Source: Octopus sinensis (lineage: Eukaryota). Taken from it: a stretch of DNA of 64,000 bases. The notes beneath the pieces were generated by a model. The model was not told where the DNA came from. It did not search any database and was given only the letters and a program-made list of their open reading frames with translations. The stretch is taken from assembly GCF_006345805.1 (NCBI RefSeq), contig NC_043002.1, forward strand, positions 52,638,001 to 52,702,000. Reading direction: 5' to 3'. This document shows, piece by piece, positions 26,844-39,959 of this stretch (its first letter is position 1; each line of letters opens with the position of its first letter). The translations under genes and the position numbers were made by a program.

Positions 26844-27735
26844 TATTGATCGCACATACTCATTATATGCGTCTTGCTTGTCCGCCGGTTTACTGTATCA
26901 CAGCGCTCTGAAGACGACTCCCTCGCAGTACATTGACATTTTGCGCCAATAACAAAAATCCAAGCTTCAGAATTTTTCCCCTCTACCAATTCAGGGACGA
27001 TACAACCTGTAGCCAGCGAATTAGTAAAGAGACTGTCTTTATTACAAAATGCGGACCCTTTTGAACGCATCTACAACAAACGACATAGCCACCACGGCCT
27101 TAGAATAACACACACGCAAATATTAAAAATTATACATTCAAGAGATACCCAAGAATTCATTAAAATAGTCCCAATCACTGCTATAATCCACAACAAGTCA
27201 CTTTTAGGTCACTTAACCATTTAACTTCCTACTACTATCATATCGTCCCGCATTCCCTTATTCTCTCTTCTCTTTCTCTTTCTTCTTTTTCGTCTTCTTC
27301 CTCTCGCCACTTCCTTCCTTACTTTACTACTACTGCTATTTAAAATAACACCTACGCAAATATTATAAACAATACATTCAAAAGAGGTATATCTCAAGAA
27401 TTCAATCATTACTACCATTCACAAGTCATTTTCAGGGTACTCGACCATTTAACATTCTACTACTATGATAGCACTACCGCATTATTATTATTATTCTCCT
27501 TCCTCTTCTTCTTCTCCTCCTCCTCTTTCTTTTTCTTCTTCTTTTTCCCTGCCAAGAATCCACAACGACCTCGAACCCACAAGAGTAAACAAGAGAGACA
27601 GAGACAGGCAGAAACAAGGAAAATGCCCCTTGTATTTGAATACTATGCAAATATTCTTTTGAAAAACTTTTCATTTAATTTTTCCAAAATTTAATTGTTT
27701 TCCATACTTACAGTTTACTCTTTTACTCTTTTATT

Positions 27736-28102
27736 TGTTTCAGTCACTTGACTGCAGCCATGCTGAAGCACCGCCTTTAGTCGAGCAAATCGACCCCAGG
27801 ACTTATTCTTTGTAAGCCTAGTACTTATTCTATCGGTCTCTTTTGCCGAACCGCTATGTGAGGGGACATAAACACATCAGCAACGGTTGTCAAGCGATGT
27901 TGGGGGAACACCCACACACATATATATATACATATATAGAACGGGCTTCTTTCAGTTTCCGCCTACCAAATCCACTCACAAGGCTTTGGTCGACCCGAGG
28001 CTATAGTAGAAGACACTTGCCCAAGGTGCCACGCATTGGGACTCAACCCGGAACCATGTGGTTGATAAGCAAGCTATTTACCACACAGCCACTCCTACGC
28101 CT
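27736..28102 (-). mobile_element. Bipartite SINE
   Basis: tgtttcagtcacttgactgc... tail, (CA/TA)n spacer, ...ccacacagccactcctacgcct head. Confidence 0.85.
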
Positions 28103-28134
28103 ATAAAAGTCTCAATGACCGAAACCAGTACTCT

Positions 28135-28529
28135 CTCTTTACTTGTTTCAGTCATTTGACTGCGGCCATGCTGGAGCACCGCCTTTAGTCGAGCAAATCG
28201 ACCCCGGGACATATTCCTTGTAAGCCCAGTACTTATTCTATCGGTCTCTTTTGCCGAACCGCTAAGTGACGGGGACGTAAACACACCAGCATCGGTTGTC
28301 AAGCAATGCTAGGGGGACAAACACAGACACGCAAACATATACACACACACACATATATATATATACATATATACGACAGGCTTCTTTCAGTTTCCGTCTA
28401 CCAAATCCACTCACAAGGCATTGGTCGGCCAGGGGCTATAGTAGAAGACACTTGCCCAAGATGCCACGCAGTGGGACTGAACCCGGAACCATGTGGTTGG
28501 TAAGCAAGCTACTTACCACGCAGCCACTC
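28135..28529 (-). mobile_element. Bipartite SINE, tandem with the previous copy
   Basis: Same modules in the same order as 27736-28102. Confidence 0.85.
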
Positions 28530-28547
28530 ATGTTTTTTATAAAATTA

Positions 28548-28865
28548 TTTTAGCATTTTCTTCCTTTACTTTTTTCCATATATATATCAACTCGTGTGTT
28601 CCTTTTCAACCTTGGGGGTCATCTTTACTTTGTTATCTCCCCTACTTTCCCTCTCGTGTGTGACCCTTCTCTCTGAGGTCAGTCGCCATGTTTCTCTCCT
28701 TGTTTTTTCTACGCCCCTTTCTGTAGAAGAGCGTAGGCTCGAAACGTAAAAGACTTTTTCTATTCCTGAGCGTTATATTAATACATCTGTTTGTTCTGTA
28801 CACCACCTGTCTTCGTCTCTTGTTTTTCGTAAACTGTCCTTATATATATATATATATATATATAT

Positions 28866-28909
<44 letters not shown>

Positions 28910-29101
28910 GCCATCATTCGCCATGATGGATCGCTAGCAACTACACATTCTTTATTTTCTCTCCTTGCTTCTTTCTGTGTAAGAGCGTAGGATCGAAACG
29001 TTAAAGACTATTTCACTTCCCGAGCGTTAAACAAATACATCTGTTTTTTGTATACACCACCTGTCTTCGTCTTTTGTTGTTTTTTTTTTGTGAATTCTCC
29101 T
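28548..29101 (+). mobile_element. Tandem pair of family-2 Penelope-type units separated by (TA)n
   Basis: cttt-ctgtaga-agagc-gtag-gctc-gaaac-gta-aaag at 28717-28752 and cttt-ctgtgta-agagc-gtag-gatc-gaaac-gtt-aaag at 28971-29006; shared downstream tacaccacctgtcttcgtct. Confidence 0.65.
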
Positions 29102-29682
<581 letters not shown>

Positions 29683-30430
29683 CTGTATGTATGTATGTAT
29701 GTATGTATGTACGTATATAATATATATATACATCCCAGGCAAATTCGCGTGTACATGCGTGTCTGAGTATGTAGCTCCGAGTCTATATTTCTGATAGCGT
29801 TCCACATGTTACAATTTTATAGCAGCTGCAAGAAAACTATTGTTATCAGCCGTTGCCTGTTCGTGATTAATCAACGCACAAATACCACACAGTCCATAGA
29901 TTATCAAGATATCACTCTTTGAAGGAATATGTAATTGGATGTCTTAAATGAAACGTCACGTGTTTGTGGTTGCATGTGAACGTGTTTGTGTAAACGATAA
30001 ACCAATTTACATATATGTGTATAAGTGTCTTTGTGTATTTAGTCCTATTCTAAGTTACTAAGTGATACAGCTATCAACTGAAGTCATCATTTAGAAACCT
30101 GTCAGTTCAATGGTGCTAATTCAGGCAAAAAAACTACACGCCCGTGCAAGTATTCGAATTCTTGGATATCACTGTGAAGAGCACCGGCAGCTATGTCGCT
30201 GTTTGCGTCAGCGAGTTGGTTTCATCATGATAATTTTATGTGTGTACATGTGTTTGTATGTATATATATACATATACACACATATATATACACACGCGCA
30301 CACACACACACACATATATATATATATACATACAGACGTGCTCACGTACACACGCACAAACACAGCCACATAGACACACATACATACACATACATATGAG
30401 AGAAATTGGATAGATTGATACACAAAGATG

Positions 30431-30544
<114 letters not shown>

Positions 30545-31029
30545 CATACATACATACATACATACATACACACAGAGTTTTCTGGATAGTATTCGTCTGC
30601 CAGACCCCACTGGATAAGTCTTAGTTAACTAAAAGTTATAGACAAGCATTCTTGTGTGTGTACATGTGTGTGTTCATGTGTTCACGCTTGTTTGCCTGTA
30701 TGCGTGTGTGGTTAACACAATGTGTTTATTTGTATTTATGAATGTATTTAGCTGCAAGCATACATACACTTACATGTATGCATACATACATACATGCGTA
30801 CGTACATACATACATGCATACAAAAATACGTACGTACTTACATAATACATACATGCTTACGTACATACGTACGTACATACATGCATACAAAAATGCGTAC
30901 GTACTTACATAATACATACATACATACACACACACACACATACATACATACATACATACATACATACATACATACATACATACATACTACATACATACAT
31001 ACATACAAACACATACATACTTACAGTCT

Positions 31030-31940
31030 CCTTAAAATAAGACAGTATCCTACAACGCACTTGCAATACCAGTGCTGATTCCAACATTTGAAATATTTGA
31101 GTGGTCTTTTGGAGAGATCCACTCCATAGACGTTAAAACACGCAAGAGTGTGACATCAACTGGAAATCTCCACAAAAAGTGATACGTTCAGGTTCTGCCT
31201 AAGAAGAGATGAATGAGGTAGAGGTTTCAAATCAGTGCAGACAGACTTCGAATGTTGTATAGTCGCTCTCAGACAGCACCTGCTAAACAACAGCAGCAAA
31301 AGTAAATACATTAACTTTGTACTGAAAAGTGAAGTGACCAATAACCTACCCGTCTCTTCCTGATGACCTCCTATACAACCCCCCAAATAGCCTAACATGC
31401 CACAAAGAAATCCTAGATGCGGAACACTCAGCATACTAAAACAAGATTATGCATAGGTATGCTTCCTGAAAACTTGATGTAGAATGCAACGTTGACCTGA
31501 AACGAAGCCTATTTTGGTCTTGTGAGCGATATACCACATCACACTTCGAAGGTTATACGTTTGCAATCCAAGAACAGGAGATTCCTACAAAATTCCTAAT
31601 AAACAAAAGCGACGGTGAAGCTTTTGGCGTTCCAAGATGCAACTGAAAATGTAGATTGTCATATTCCTGTGGAAAATATCACATAAATGAATAGTACTGC
31701 CTTATGAAACATGACACTGTCGCAGAGACAATTTACAATGTCATCCGGGAAAAAAGATTGTCTCAGAATAAATATAGAGTATCCCCGTTATTGAATACGT
31801 ACGCTAATATCAGCTCAAGGAATAAAAAAAATCATTAAAACTATGAAGTGTAAACATCAACAGGCCGGATATTGTTGTTTGGAACAAACGAGAACAAAAC
31901 GCTTTTTTAACGTCTATGGAGTGGATCTCTTCAACAGACA
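31030..31940 (+). mobile_element. R4/Dong-like LINE relic (post-RT, CCHC and start of RLE), divergent subfamily
   Basis: YNALAIPVLIPTF..W...IDVKTRK, FEGYTFAIQEQEIPTKFLINK, MKHDTVAETIY; heavily frameshifted. Confidence 0.7.
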
Positions 31941-31954
31941 ACTCAACTTTTTTC

Positions 31955-32040
31955 ACTTTCCTGAGGAGAAGATTGCATTGTTTATACCATTTATTCTTTT
32001 GAATAGTATCAGTGGAAGTTTCGAAACATGTGTCGAAAGT
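31955..32040 (+). ncRNA. Second copy of the CUGAGGA hammerhead (element ~31945-32118)
   Basis: ACUUUC-CUGAGGA(31961-31967)-GAAG...UUUC-GAAAC(32023-32027)-AUGU-GUC(32032-32034)-GAAAGU; the base of stem II pairs fully. Confidence 0.8.
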
Positions 32041-32553
32041 AAAAATATTTGATTACACCTGCGTTAAACTCCATTTATTTATTCATATATTATTCAAAAT
32101 ATTCCACGTAAACACGAATGTACGTATGTATGTACGTATGTATATCTGTCCTGCTGATATGAATAATTCTTTGAAGATCAAAGAGAAAGAAGATAACTAT
32201 AGGTAACTGCATTGAAACCTCTAGCTTCTATAACCGGATTATATATTCACATTTTTACCATTAATAATTGGTGTATTTGGTACTGTGAGTAAATACTTAA
32301 GAATTGATATCTGGATAAACTAGAGTTATCAGAAAAAGAAATCAAACAACTAACTCGTACATTACGAATACAATCTATAAGAGGAACGGTAAAGCTATGC
32401 AAGGCGTTTTTAAAGTTTAAAACGTGACATTGTTTTTGTCATCAACATTCCAACGATGGAGATTTGTATCTTTATTAGAAACCAGCTCCTTCTTTAGATG
32501 AGAATTTAAATAATTAAAAACAGACCAAAACATTAATGCACACATACATACGA

Positions 32554-32584
<31 letters not shown>

Positions 32585-33196
32585 TACATACATACATACA
32601 TACATACATACATACATACATACATACACAAACACATTAACATGCAAACACTGATACCATTCATACCTAATTTCAAAATGTCTGACTTTAGAAATAAAAG
32701 TTACCTCCCTTTGTTATTTTATATCTGAGTCCTTTAAGGAAGCTTCGTCAGCTTATGCAATCCTTTACATAACGTTACATTTTCAGCATTTCTTAGATTA
32801 GAAATATTATTGACATATAGCAGTGCGGCCGTCGGATAAGAACTTACTTTTAAATGTATATTGGCTTCATCTAGATACACAAAAATTATTCTTAATAGTC
32901 AATCATGAAAGGATAAACAAATTAATTATGCTGATGAATGGACAAAAGGGAACATAACACTCTAAGACGCTACTTAACTGAATTCTAATATAATGTAATT
33001 TGGCAGCTGACGAGAGGGAAAATTGTTGCAAAATAGATTCTGCGCCATTATTGTTCAGACAAAGAAAGCGATCACATTAAATGCAGATGCAATATATGGC
33101 TGTATATATGTATGTATGTATATATACATACATAGATGCACACATACATATATACATACATACATACATACATGCCACATACATATAATATGTATG

Positions 33197-33247
<51 letters not shown>

Positions 33248-33473
33248 TTATATTTATATATATATATATATATATCCATATATATACATAAATATTCATA
33301 CACACATGGATATACAATATACACATAAATATACATACACTCACATCTATATTTAATATATATGTGTGTGTGTGTGTGTTGTGTGTGTGTGCGTGTTGCG
33401 TATATATATACGTATATAGATGGTACTTATATTATGTATATATATATATATATACATACACACTCACACACAC

Positions 33474-33517
<44 letters not shown>

Positions 33518-33518
<1 letters not shown>

Positions 33519-33690
33519 GGCACAGGAGTGGCTTTGTGGTAAGTAGCTTCCTTACCAACCACATGATCACGTGGTTCCAGGTTCAGTTCCACTGCGTGGC
33601 ACCTTGGGAAAGTGTCTTCTACTATAACCTCGGGCCGACTAAAGTCTTGTGAGTGGATTTGGTAGACGGAAAATGAATGAAACCAGTCGT
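33518..33690 (+). mobile_element. tRNA-derived SINE head module
   Basis: aggcacaggagtggctttgtggtaagtagc...ggatttggtagacgga. Confidence 0.8.
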
Positions 33691-34827
33691 ATATATGTAT
33701 ATATATATATATATATAATATTATTATATATAATATGTATTGTGTGTGGCGCACATGCAAACACACATACATGAATCAATATCTGTTACATGTGTGTTTG
33801 TGTACTTGTATGTATACTAAATTATTGTAAGTAGAATGTACGTGAGTTTGTGAGATTGCCTATACATGTACGTATGTATATATGTATGCATGCATGAAAG
33901 TATGTATGTATGTGTGAATATATATATGTGTGTGTGTATGTAAGTAAATGTATATGTACATATATAAGGACAGGCAATGTTGAAACAGGGAGAGAGAGAG
34001 AGACATAGAGAGAAGGGAAATATTTAAATTCATTGATTTGTAAAATTCTGATATTTTTTCACCTATTAATTTAACAAAAACAAGAATCTTCAAAAATTCT
34101 TCCATTAAACTTCAGATAAATCATGGCTTATATAACTAGTCCTTTGATTCCAAAAAGAGAAAATTCTTCAAAGGAAATATATTCCATTAACAAATAAAGC
34201 ATCTTTCGTTTCTCATTTGGAACCTGTCCTTTGAAATTCATGAAGAAACTCACACGCACCCCACACGCTCGAGTCTTCAATAGAAAACTATCTAGATGAT
34301 GTTAGCTCTATCGTGAACGTTTCAATAAATAATATCTTTCAAATATTTATTAAAACCAAATATTTGCTTGCGTTTCTCTACATTGTTATTTGTGTTGTCT
34401 CTTTTTCATGCTGCTTGCCCCCCTCCCTACACACACACACTCCCTCCTCTCTCTCTCTCTCTCTTTCTCCCTCTCTCTCTCTTTCTTTCTCTCTCCATAT
34501 ACTAATTCAACCTTATATACACACATAGCATTATGGAAAAATTTAAACATTTATTTATCACATATCTCCACGCAATCACTCAAATCTTCGTTGAAGATTC
34601 ATAAATACTCGAAGCAACGCTATGAAACATTTTGAAGCAAGCCATTAATAGATAACTAGCTAGACCTATGAATACCCATCATTAAATGTCTAAAGAGCGC
34701 ATAAAAAGGGAAGTAACAATATGAAAGCGCATATTGAAATGTAAACATTATTAACATTGTTTATTTAGTTATTCATATATCATACAGTAGAACGTCTAAT
34801 AAATAGCTCGGTGTAATTTAGCATCAA

Positions 34828-34876
<49 letters not shown>

Positions 34877-35304
34877 AAATCACTATAATGAGACATGAAA
34901 AATGGTAAATTCATTCAGTTTAATTTATTTAAACACACATTTTATTGTAATTTACACTCACATTATGTATAGCATTATACTTTCTTTTCTTCGTTTTTCT
35001 ATCTGTAATTTTTAGTATCTTTTCCTACTGTCTATCTATTTCTCTATCCATTTATTTATCACTATCAATCTATGTTATTCCTCTAACTTTTTGGAAGAAA
35101 CAATAAACAATTATACTAGAAACGTCTGATTAAATATTTTTATCATCTCATCGTTTTATTCTGCTCTGTTTATATTTGTAAACAGACACAAACGCATAGG
35201 TTGCATAAAAGATACTAGCAAATCACTGCCCTCTGGGATACTTTCTTACAGACGCATGATAAACATAAACATTCTATTTGCGTGTGTCGGTGTGTGTGCG
35301 TGTA

Positions 35305-35356
<52 letters not shown>

Positions 35357-35449
35357 TATATATATATATATATGTATGTATGTTATATATATATATATAT
35401 AGATATATATATATACATATATATATATGTATGTACGTACATACATACA

Positions 35450-35481
<32 letters not shown>

Positions 35482-35486
35482 CAAAT

Positions 35487-35763
35487 GTGAAGGCGCATAT
35501 CGTAGTGGTTAGGATTGTTGCACTCACGACCGTAACATTAAGGTTTCGATTCCCGGACTGGGCAATGTGTTGTGCTCTTGAGTAAAACACTTCATTTCAT
35601 GTTGTTCCAACCCACTCAGTTGTTAATGGGTAACCTGCAATGGACTAACCTTCCCATCAGAGGGGACGTTGATCTACTCGCCTAGCCAGCTGGGTGGCAT
35701 TATTCGAAAACTAAAACGAAGTGAAGTGCATTGTGACTAGCGATATATAACAACATCCGATAG

Positions 35764-35768
<5 letters not shown>
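35487..35768 (+). mobile_element. tRNA-derived SINE; a 3' half copy lies at 41150-41312
   Basis: A/B-box-like head gtagtggttagg...ggtttcgattccc; shared cctactcgcctagcc...aacaacatccgatagtctgatat. Confidence 0.75.
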
Positions 35769-35819
<51 letters not shown>

Positions 35820-35955
35820 AATACAGTGTACATTTAAACACATAAGAGATGGTTATAACAGGACGTCTGACTCGCTAGAAAGAGTAGTTAAACTGCAAAC
35901 CATTGATAGTTGTAATTTTGAAAGGAAATGAAAAATAAAAATATTTACCCTATTT

Positions 35956-36034
35956 TTCCTGGACTATGCATGGTTTCAAGCAATCTTTTGTAAATAAAAT
36001 TATTTACGATTGGCGAAGCTCTCATCAGCAGGAA
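35956..36034 (-). ncRNA. Type I hammerhead ribozyme motif in a (TA)n-flanked element (~35820-36047)
   Basis: UUCCUG-CUGAUGA-GAGC..(hairpin GUAAAUA/UAUUUAC)..GCUU-GAAAC-CAUGCAUA-GUC-CAGGAA; 6-bp stem I. Confidence 0.75.
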
Positions 36035-36043
36035 GCCAAGGCT

Positions 36044-36106
<63 letters not shown>

Positions 36107-36108
<2 letters not shown>

Positions 36109-36785
36109 CAACTTATTAAGCATAAGGGTAAAAATTATAAAATAATTATTTACCAGTGGCTAGCATGCGTACTAAAAGTCAGAAGACATAAATATTTTTA
36201 AATATAATAGAATGTGAAACATACACGAAGTGGAAAACACCATTGTTTGATCATTTTACCTTTATATTTATAACGTTAAACATTTAAATTCCTCTACTAC
36301 GTGTATAAGTTTGAATTTATTCACTGCTATACTACTAAATATTTAAATTTTTCAACCACGTGTATCAGTTTGAATTTATTCACTGCTATACTTCGCTGGA
36401 GTTGCACGTTGCTTTGAGGCCATTCTGAGGTGAATCCATGAAAACACGGAACTGAATGCGTATGTGTTTACTTTGGCTTTCGGTACGTAATGCAGTTTTA
36501 TGTTTATTAATTTAACCAGCGACCTCACTGATGAGCTACGGATGATTAAATAATCAATTAATTATTTTATTAGTTGATATATTTGGTCAGTAAAAGCGAA
36601 ACTTAAAAGTATAAGGATTACTATATTTTATTCGCTGAGATGTCTTGCTCGTGTACATATCAACGTGCTTTAATGTAAGAATATTTTTTCGTGGTTTAGG
36701 CTTTGACTGCCATTTTTAGCATGTAAGGAACCCACATGGTGGTTTCTCCGTGTAGGTTTCATATACTATTACAATATATACTATC
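36107..36785 (+). mobile_element. (TA)n-flanked Penelope-type element with internal hammerhead
   Basis: TA arrays on both sides; short internal tandem duplication at ~36298-36393; hammerhead at 36522-36616. Confidence 0.6.
36522..36616 (+). ncRNA. Type I hammerhead ribozyme motif with long stem II insert
   Basis: CUGAUGA 36528-36534, GCU...AGC, GAAAC 36598-36602, UUAAAA, GUA 36609-36611; stem I CCUCA/UAAGG with one mismatch. Confidence 0.65.
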
Positions 36786-36899
36786 ATAATATATATATAT
36801 ATATCACATTTCCTGGCCTTTTCTTCATGCTCATTTTCCATCTTTCACTTCACTTTGTCTCTTTCATTTTTCTCTCGCCCCTCTGCCTCTACCTCTCTC

Positions 36900-37369
36900 T
36901 CTTCTCTCCCCACGTGACCGGTGTTCGACGAGGCCTGATCTTTCTTTCTTGGTAGGACTACTGTCCGTGTAACATCTATATTCATTCTTGTGCTTGTTAA
37001 ATCTTATGTCCCAGCCAGCTTAAATTCATTCGTCCTTAGTCGAAAGACACCTGTTGTTATGTCCTGTTATATATACATGTGTAACATTTCTGGGGTTTTT
37101 TCTTTCCTTCTTTCGTATACATTCGCTGCTTTCTTCCAAGGACTGTAATATTCTTAGCTTATTTTTCCTTGTGGCTGGCCAGATTGGAGCAATCTCGAGT
37201 ATAACCACCCGAAATTGCAAAGATAATCTGGAACTCGACTCCGGATAGAAAACTCCGAATGATCCGTCCTTGTTTTCCTTGTATCGTCTGTCCGGATGCT
37301 TTCTTTTCCTTCTTTTTTTTTGTTTCACCTAATTGTCTGGATGTTTTGCGTTCTTGTCCCAGTTTTGTA

Positions 37370-37372
<3 letters not shown>
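36900..37372 (+). mobile_element. (TA)n-terminated repeat; reverse-oriented copy at 55862-56127
   Basis: Shared agattggagc...ataacca...gcaaagataatctggaactc...ttgtcccagttttgtat; relic hammerhead-like layout ggtgt-tcgacga...gaaag-acacc. Confidence 0.6.
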
Positions 37373-37400
<28 letters not shown>

Positions 37401-37512
37401 GTAAAATTAGATTCAGATGAATATGGTACTTAAGTTGAAGGCACCAGAATTTAGTAGCGTCATATCCATATAATTTTAAATAAGGTGATGCTTATTTTGA
37501 TTATATATATAT

Positions 37513-37574
<62 letters not shown>

Positions 37575-38089
37575 TACTTACGATGAATGTTTGCTTTAGA
37601 AGTGCCTAAATGTATATTGTGCGATACAAATAAGGTAATAATTTATTTTCAAACGCACAAATGCCGAGAGAACACCAAAGACAAGATAAAAGTGGAAAAT
37701 TATCATTTCAGCAACCAGTTATGAGACTATATTAATGTATGTATGTATATATGTATGTATGTATGCATGTATGTATGTATGTATGTATGTATGTATGTAT
37801 GTATGTATGTATGTATGTATGTATGTATGTATGTATGTATTCATGTATGTATGCATGTATAATGTATGTATGTCATTATTCAGTTTATTTCAAAATTACT
37901 TGCCAATAGAGAAAGAACCGGTTTCTACCCTGGATCCAAGGCTCCTTCATTGAAATTTCAACATCATCAGAGTATTTTTGCTTGCATGTATGTTTTATGT
38001 GTGTATGTATGAGAATGAATGAATGAATGAATAAATGATGAATGAATGAATGAATGAATGAATGAATGAATGTGTGACTTCAGCTGCAC

Positions 38090-39588
38090 CTCAGGGAAGA
38101 GCTCTTCATATTCTTCCATAGTTGCTCTCCATAACTGACAGATACCATATGCATACATATCGTGTAGTCGAGAATGTACAGAGCAGTGACTTGTAGACAT
38201 ATCCACGTCAACTTCCTCCGCCTCATGCAATCATAATAAACATGGCTTCAGCAGTGGCTCTGATCCATTTAGATCATCTTGAAACTTTCAATAGGATTGA
38301 ATACTAGTACACGTTTTCATGCAATATATGTTTTCTGTACAGCTTTTTTATATTATCTTTCCAAAGGCTAGGTTACTTCAATTGCATCTGTGCGATTTTT
38401 AGACCAAATAGTTATATATGTGAACCATTTCGAAACACACTCTCATTCCGCCAAAAGTGTATCCTGACATGGTTTCAGTACCAGCCATATTTAGATACCA
38501 TAAATGAATATAATAGTATTTTCTACTAAAAGCACAAGGCCTGAGATTTGCCGGGAGAGGACTAGTCGATTACATTGACCCAAGTGGTACTTAATTTATC
38601 GACCCCGAAAGAATGTAAGGTATAGTCGACTTCGGCAGAATTTGAACTCAGAACATAAAGATGGACTGAATGCCATTTGGCATTTCGCTCGGCGTGCTAA
38701 CGATTCCGCCAGCTCGCTGCCTTATAAATGGACATAATAGTATAGAAACAGAACAGATGCAGGTCATAAAATAGAACCACCAACCTACCTCTTACTATCT
38801 CAACATTACTGATCATCCTGCTGCCTTTTCCTCAACTGCCTCTGAAGTCTAGTAATAAATTCATGTTTATTAATTAAGATTCCAGTTTTAAAGCTATTAG
38901 CTACAATTACCAATTTCCATGATTAATTTTGATTGTTAATTAGGTTGCCAATAACAATCGTCAGTTGTAATTATAAACGAAGATACTTAATTATAAAGCT
39001 GATATTTTTTTTCCTAACGGACGCATAGTGTTTTGATACAGCAAGAAAAACCTGAAACAAGAAAAGAATACAAAAGCAACGAAGGCCCAAATGCAGTTAG
39101 TGTCATGTGAGCTGTGTGCTTATTCATGTAATTTTATATGATTTTTGTTTTTTTTTTTCTTTCTTTCTTGTTTTCAGTCGTCTATCTGTTGTTATTGAAA
39201 CTCGAAGCTTCAATGCACTGGATTAGCAGAATCAGTAGAGTGTCGGACAAAGTACATTGCAGTATTTACTTGCATATCTTTACTGAATTCAAATTGACTA
39301 AGACATTGTCGTTGGTCTTTCTGGTTTTTCCAAGGTGAATTTAACCCAGCGAATCAGAGACCTACCAAAGCCACATTTATTCTCCACCCTTTCTACAATA
39401 TATCGCATGATCTACTGTATGTAGGAGAGTTATTTAGGTATAGATATACAAGAAATCATACCGGCTTGTGAAATCCCGACCATACTATCAATAGTAAGTG
39501 CAAACCTTTTCGTGATCACTTCGACCAAATCTTTACTGGGGCCGATATAACTGCTTAAGCCTTTACAAGTATGGCAGCAGTCCAATAC
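38090..39588 (-). pseudogene. Candidate minus-strand exons (39506-39588, 39270-39414, ~38090-38281) with in-frame TAG/TGA
   Basis: Exon 1 is open (VLDCCHTCKGLSSYIGPSKDLVEVITK); a 91-nt GT-AG intron leads to phase-matched exon 2 SRSCDIL*KGWRINVALVGL*FAGLNSPWKNQKDQRQCLSQFEFSKDMQ; a third reads DLNGSEPLLKPCLL*LHEAEE...EELFPE. No homology recognised. Confidence 0.4.
38521..38723 (-). mobile_element. tRNA-derived SINE ((ATT)n-tail family)
   Basis: Reverse complement of the aaggcagcgagctggcggaatcgttagcacgcc head and its core. Confidence 0.8.
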
Positions 39589-39959
39589 CTGAAACTAGTA
39601 AAAGTGTAAAAGAGTAACCGTATTTAAATTAACTAAGCCTTCCCTTAACGCTGAGACCTGCATTAGATATTATTATTGTTAAATCTGGAAAGAGCAGCGC
39701 TGTAGAGTGACATAATCGGCAGGCGAGCGGACAAAATGCCTTATTGTAGTTATGCTTCTTTATCTCCTGGTTTGAAGTCCCGCCAAAGTTGACGTTGATA
39801 ATCATGAATCCGAATACGATAGAATAAAAGTACCATTTAATATTTCGGTAGATAAAATGACAATGCCTTTCCCTAAATATTTACGACTTTGTGCCAGGAT
39901 CTTAAATAACCATTGATTCATGCCAACAAGGAAGCCTTTACACAATCGATACCCTGCAG

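Noticed and set aside
26904-27230. Long plus-strand frame with a single TGA (RSEDDSLAVH*HFAP...LLQNADPFERIYNK)
   Set aside because: It runs into a diverged ~240-bp tandem duplication (27100-27480), has no clear donor, and a competing minus-strand ORF exists.
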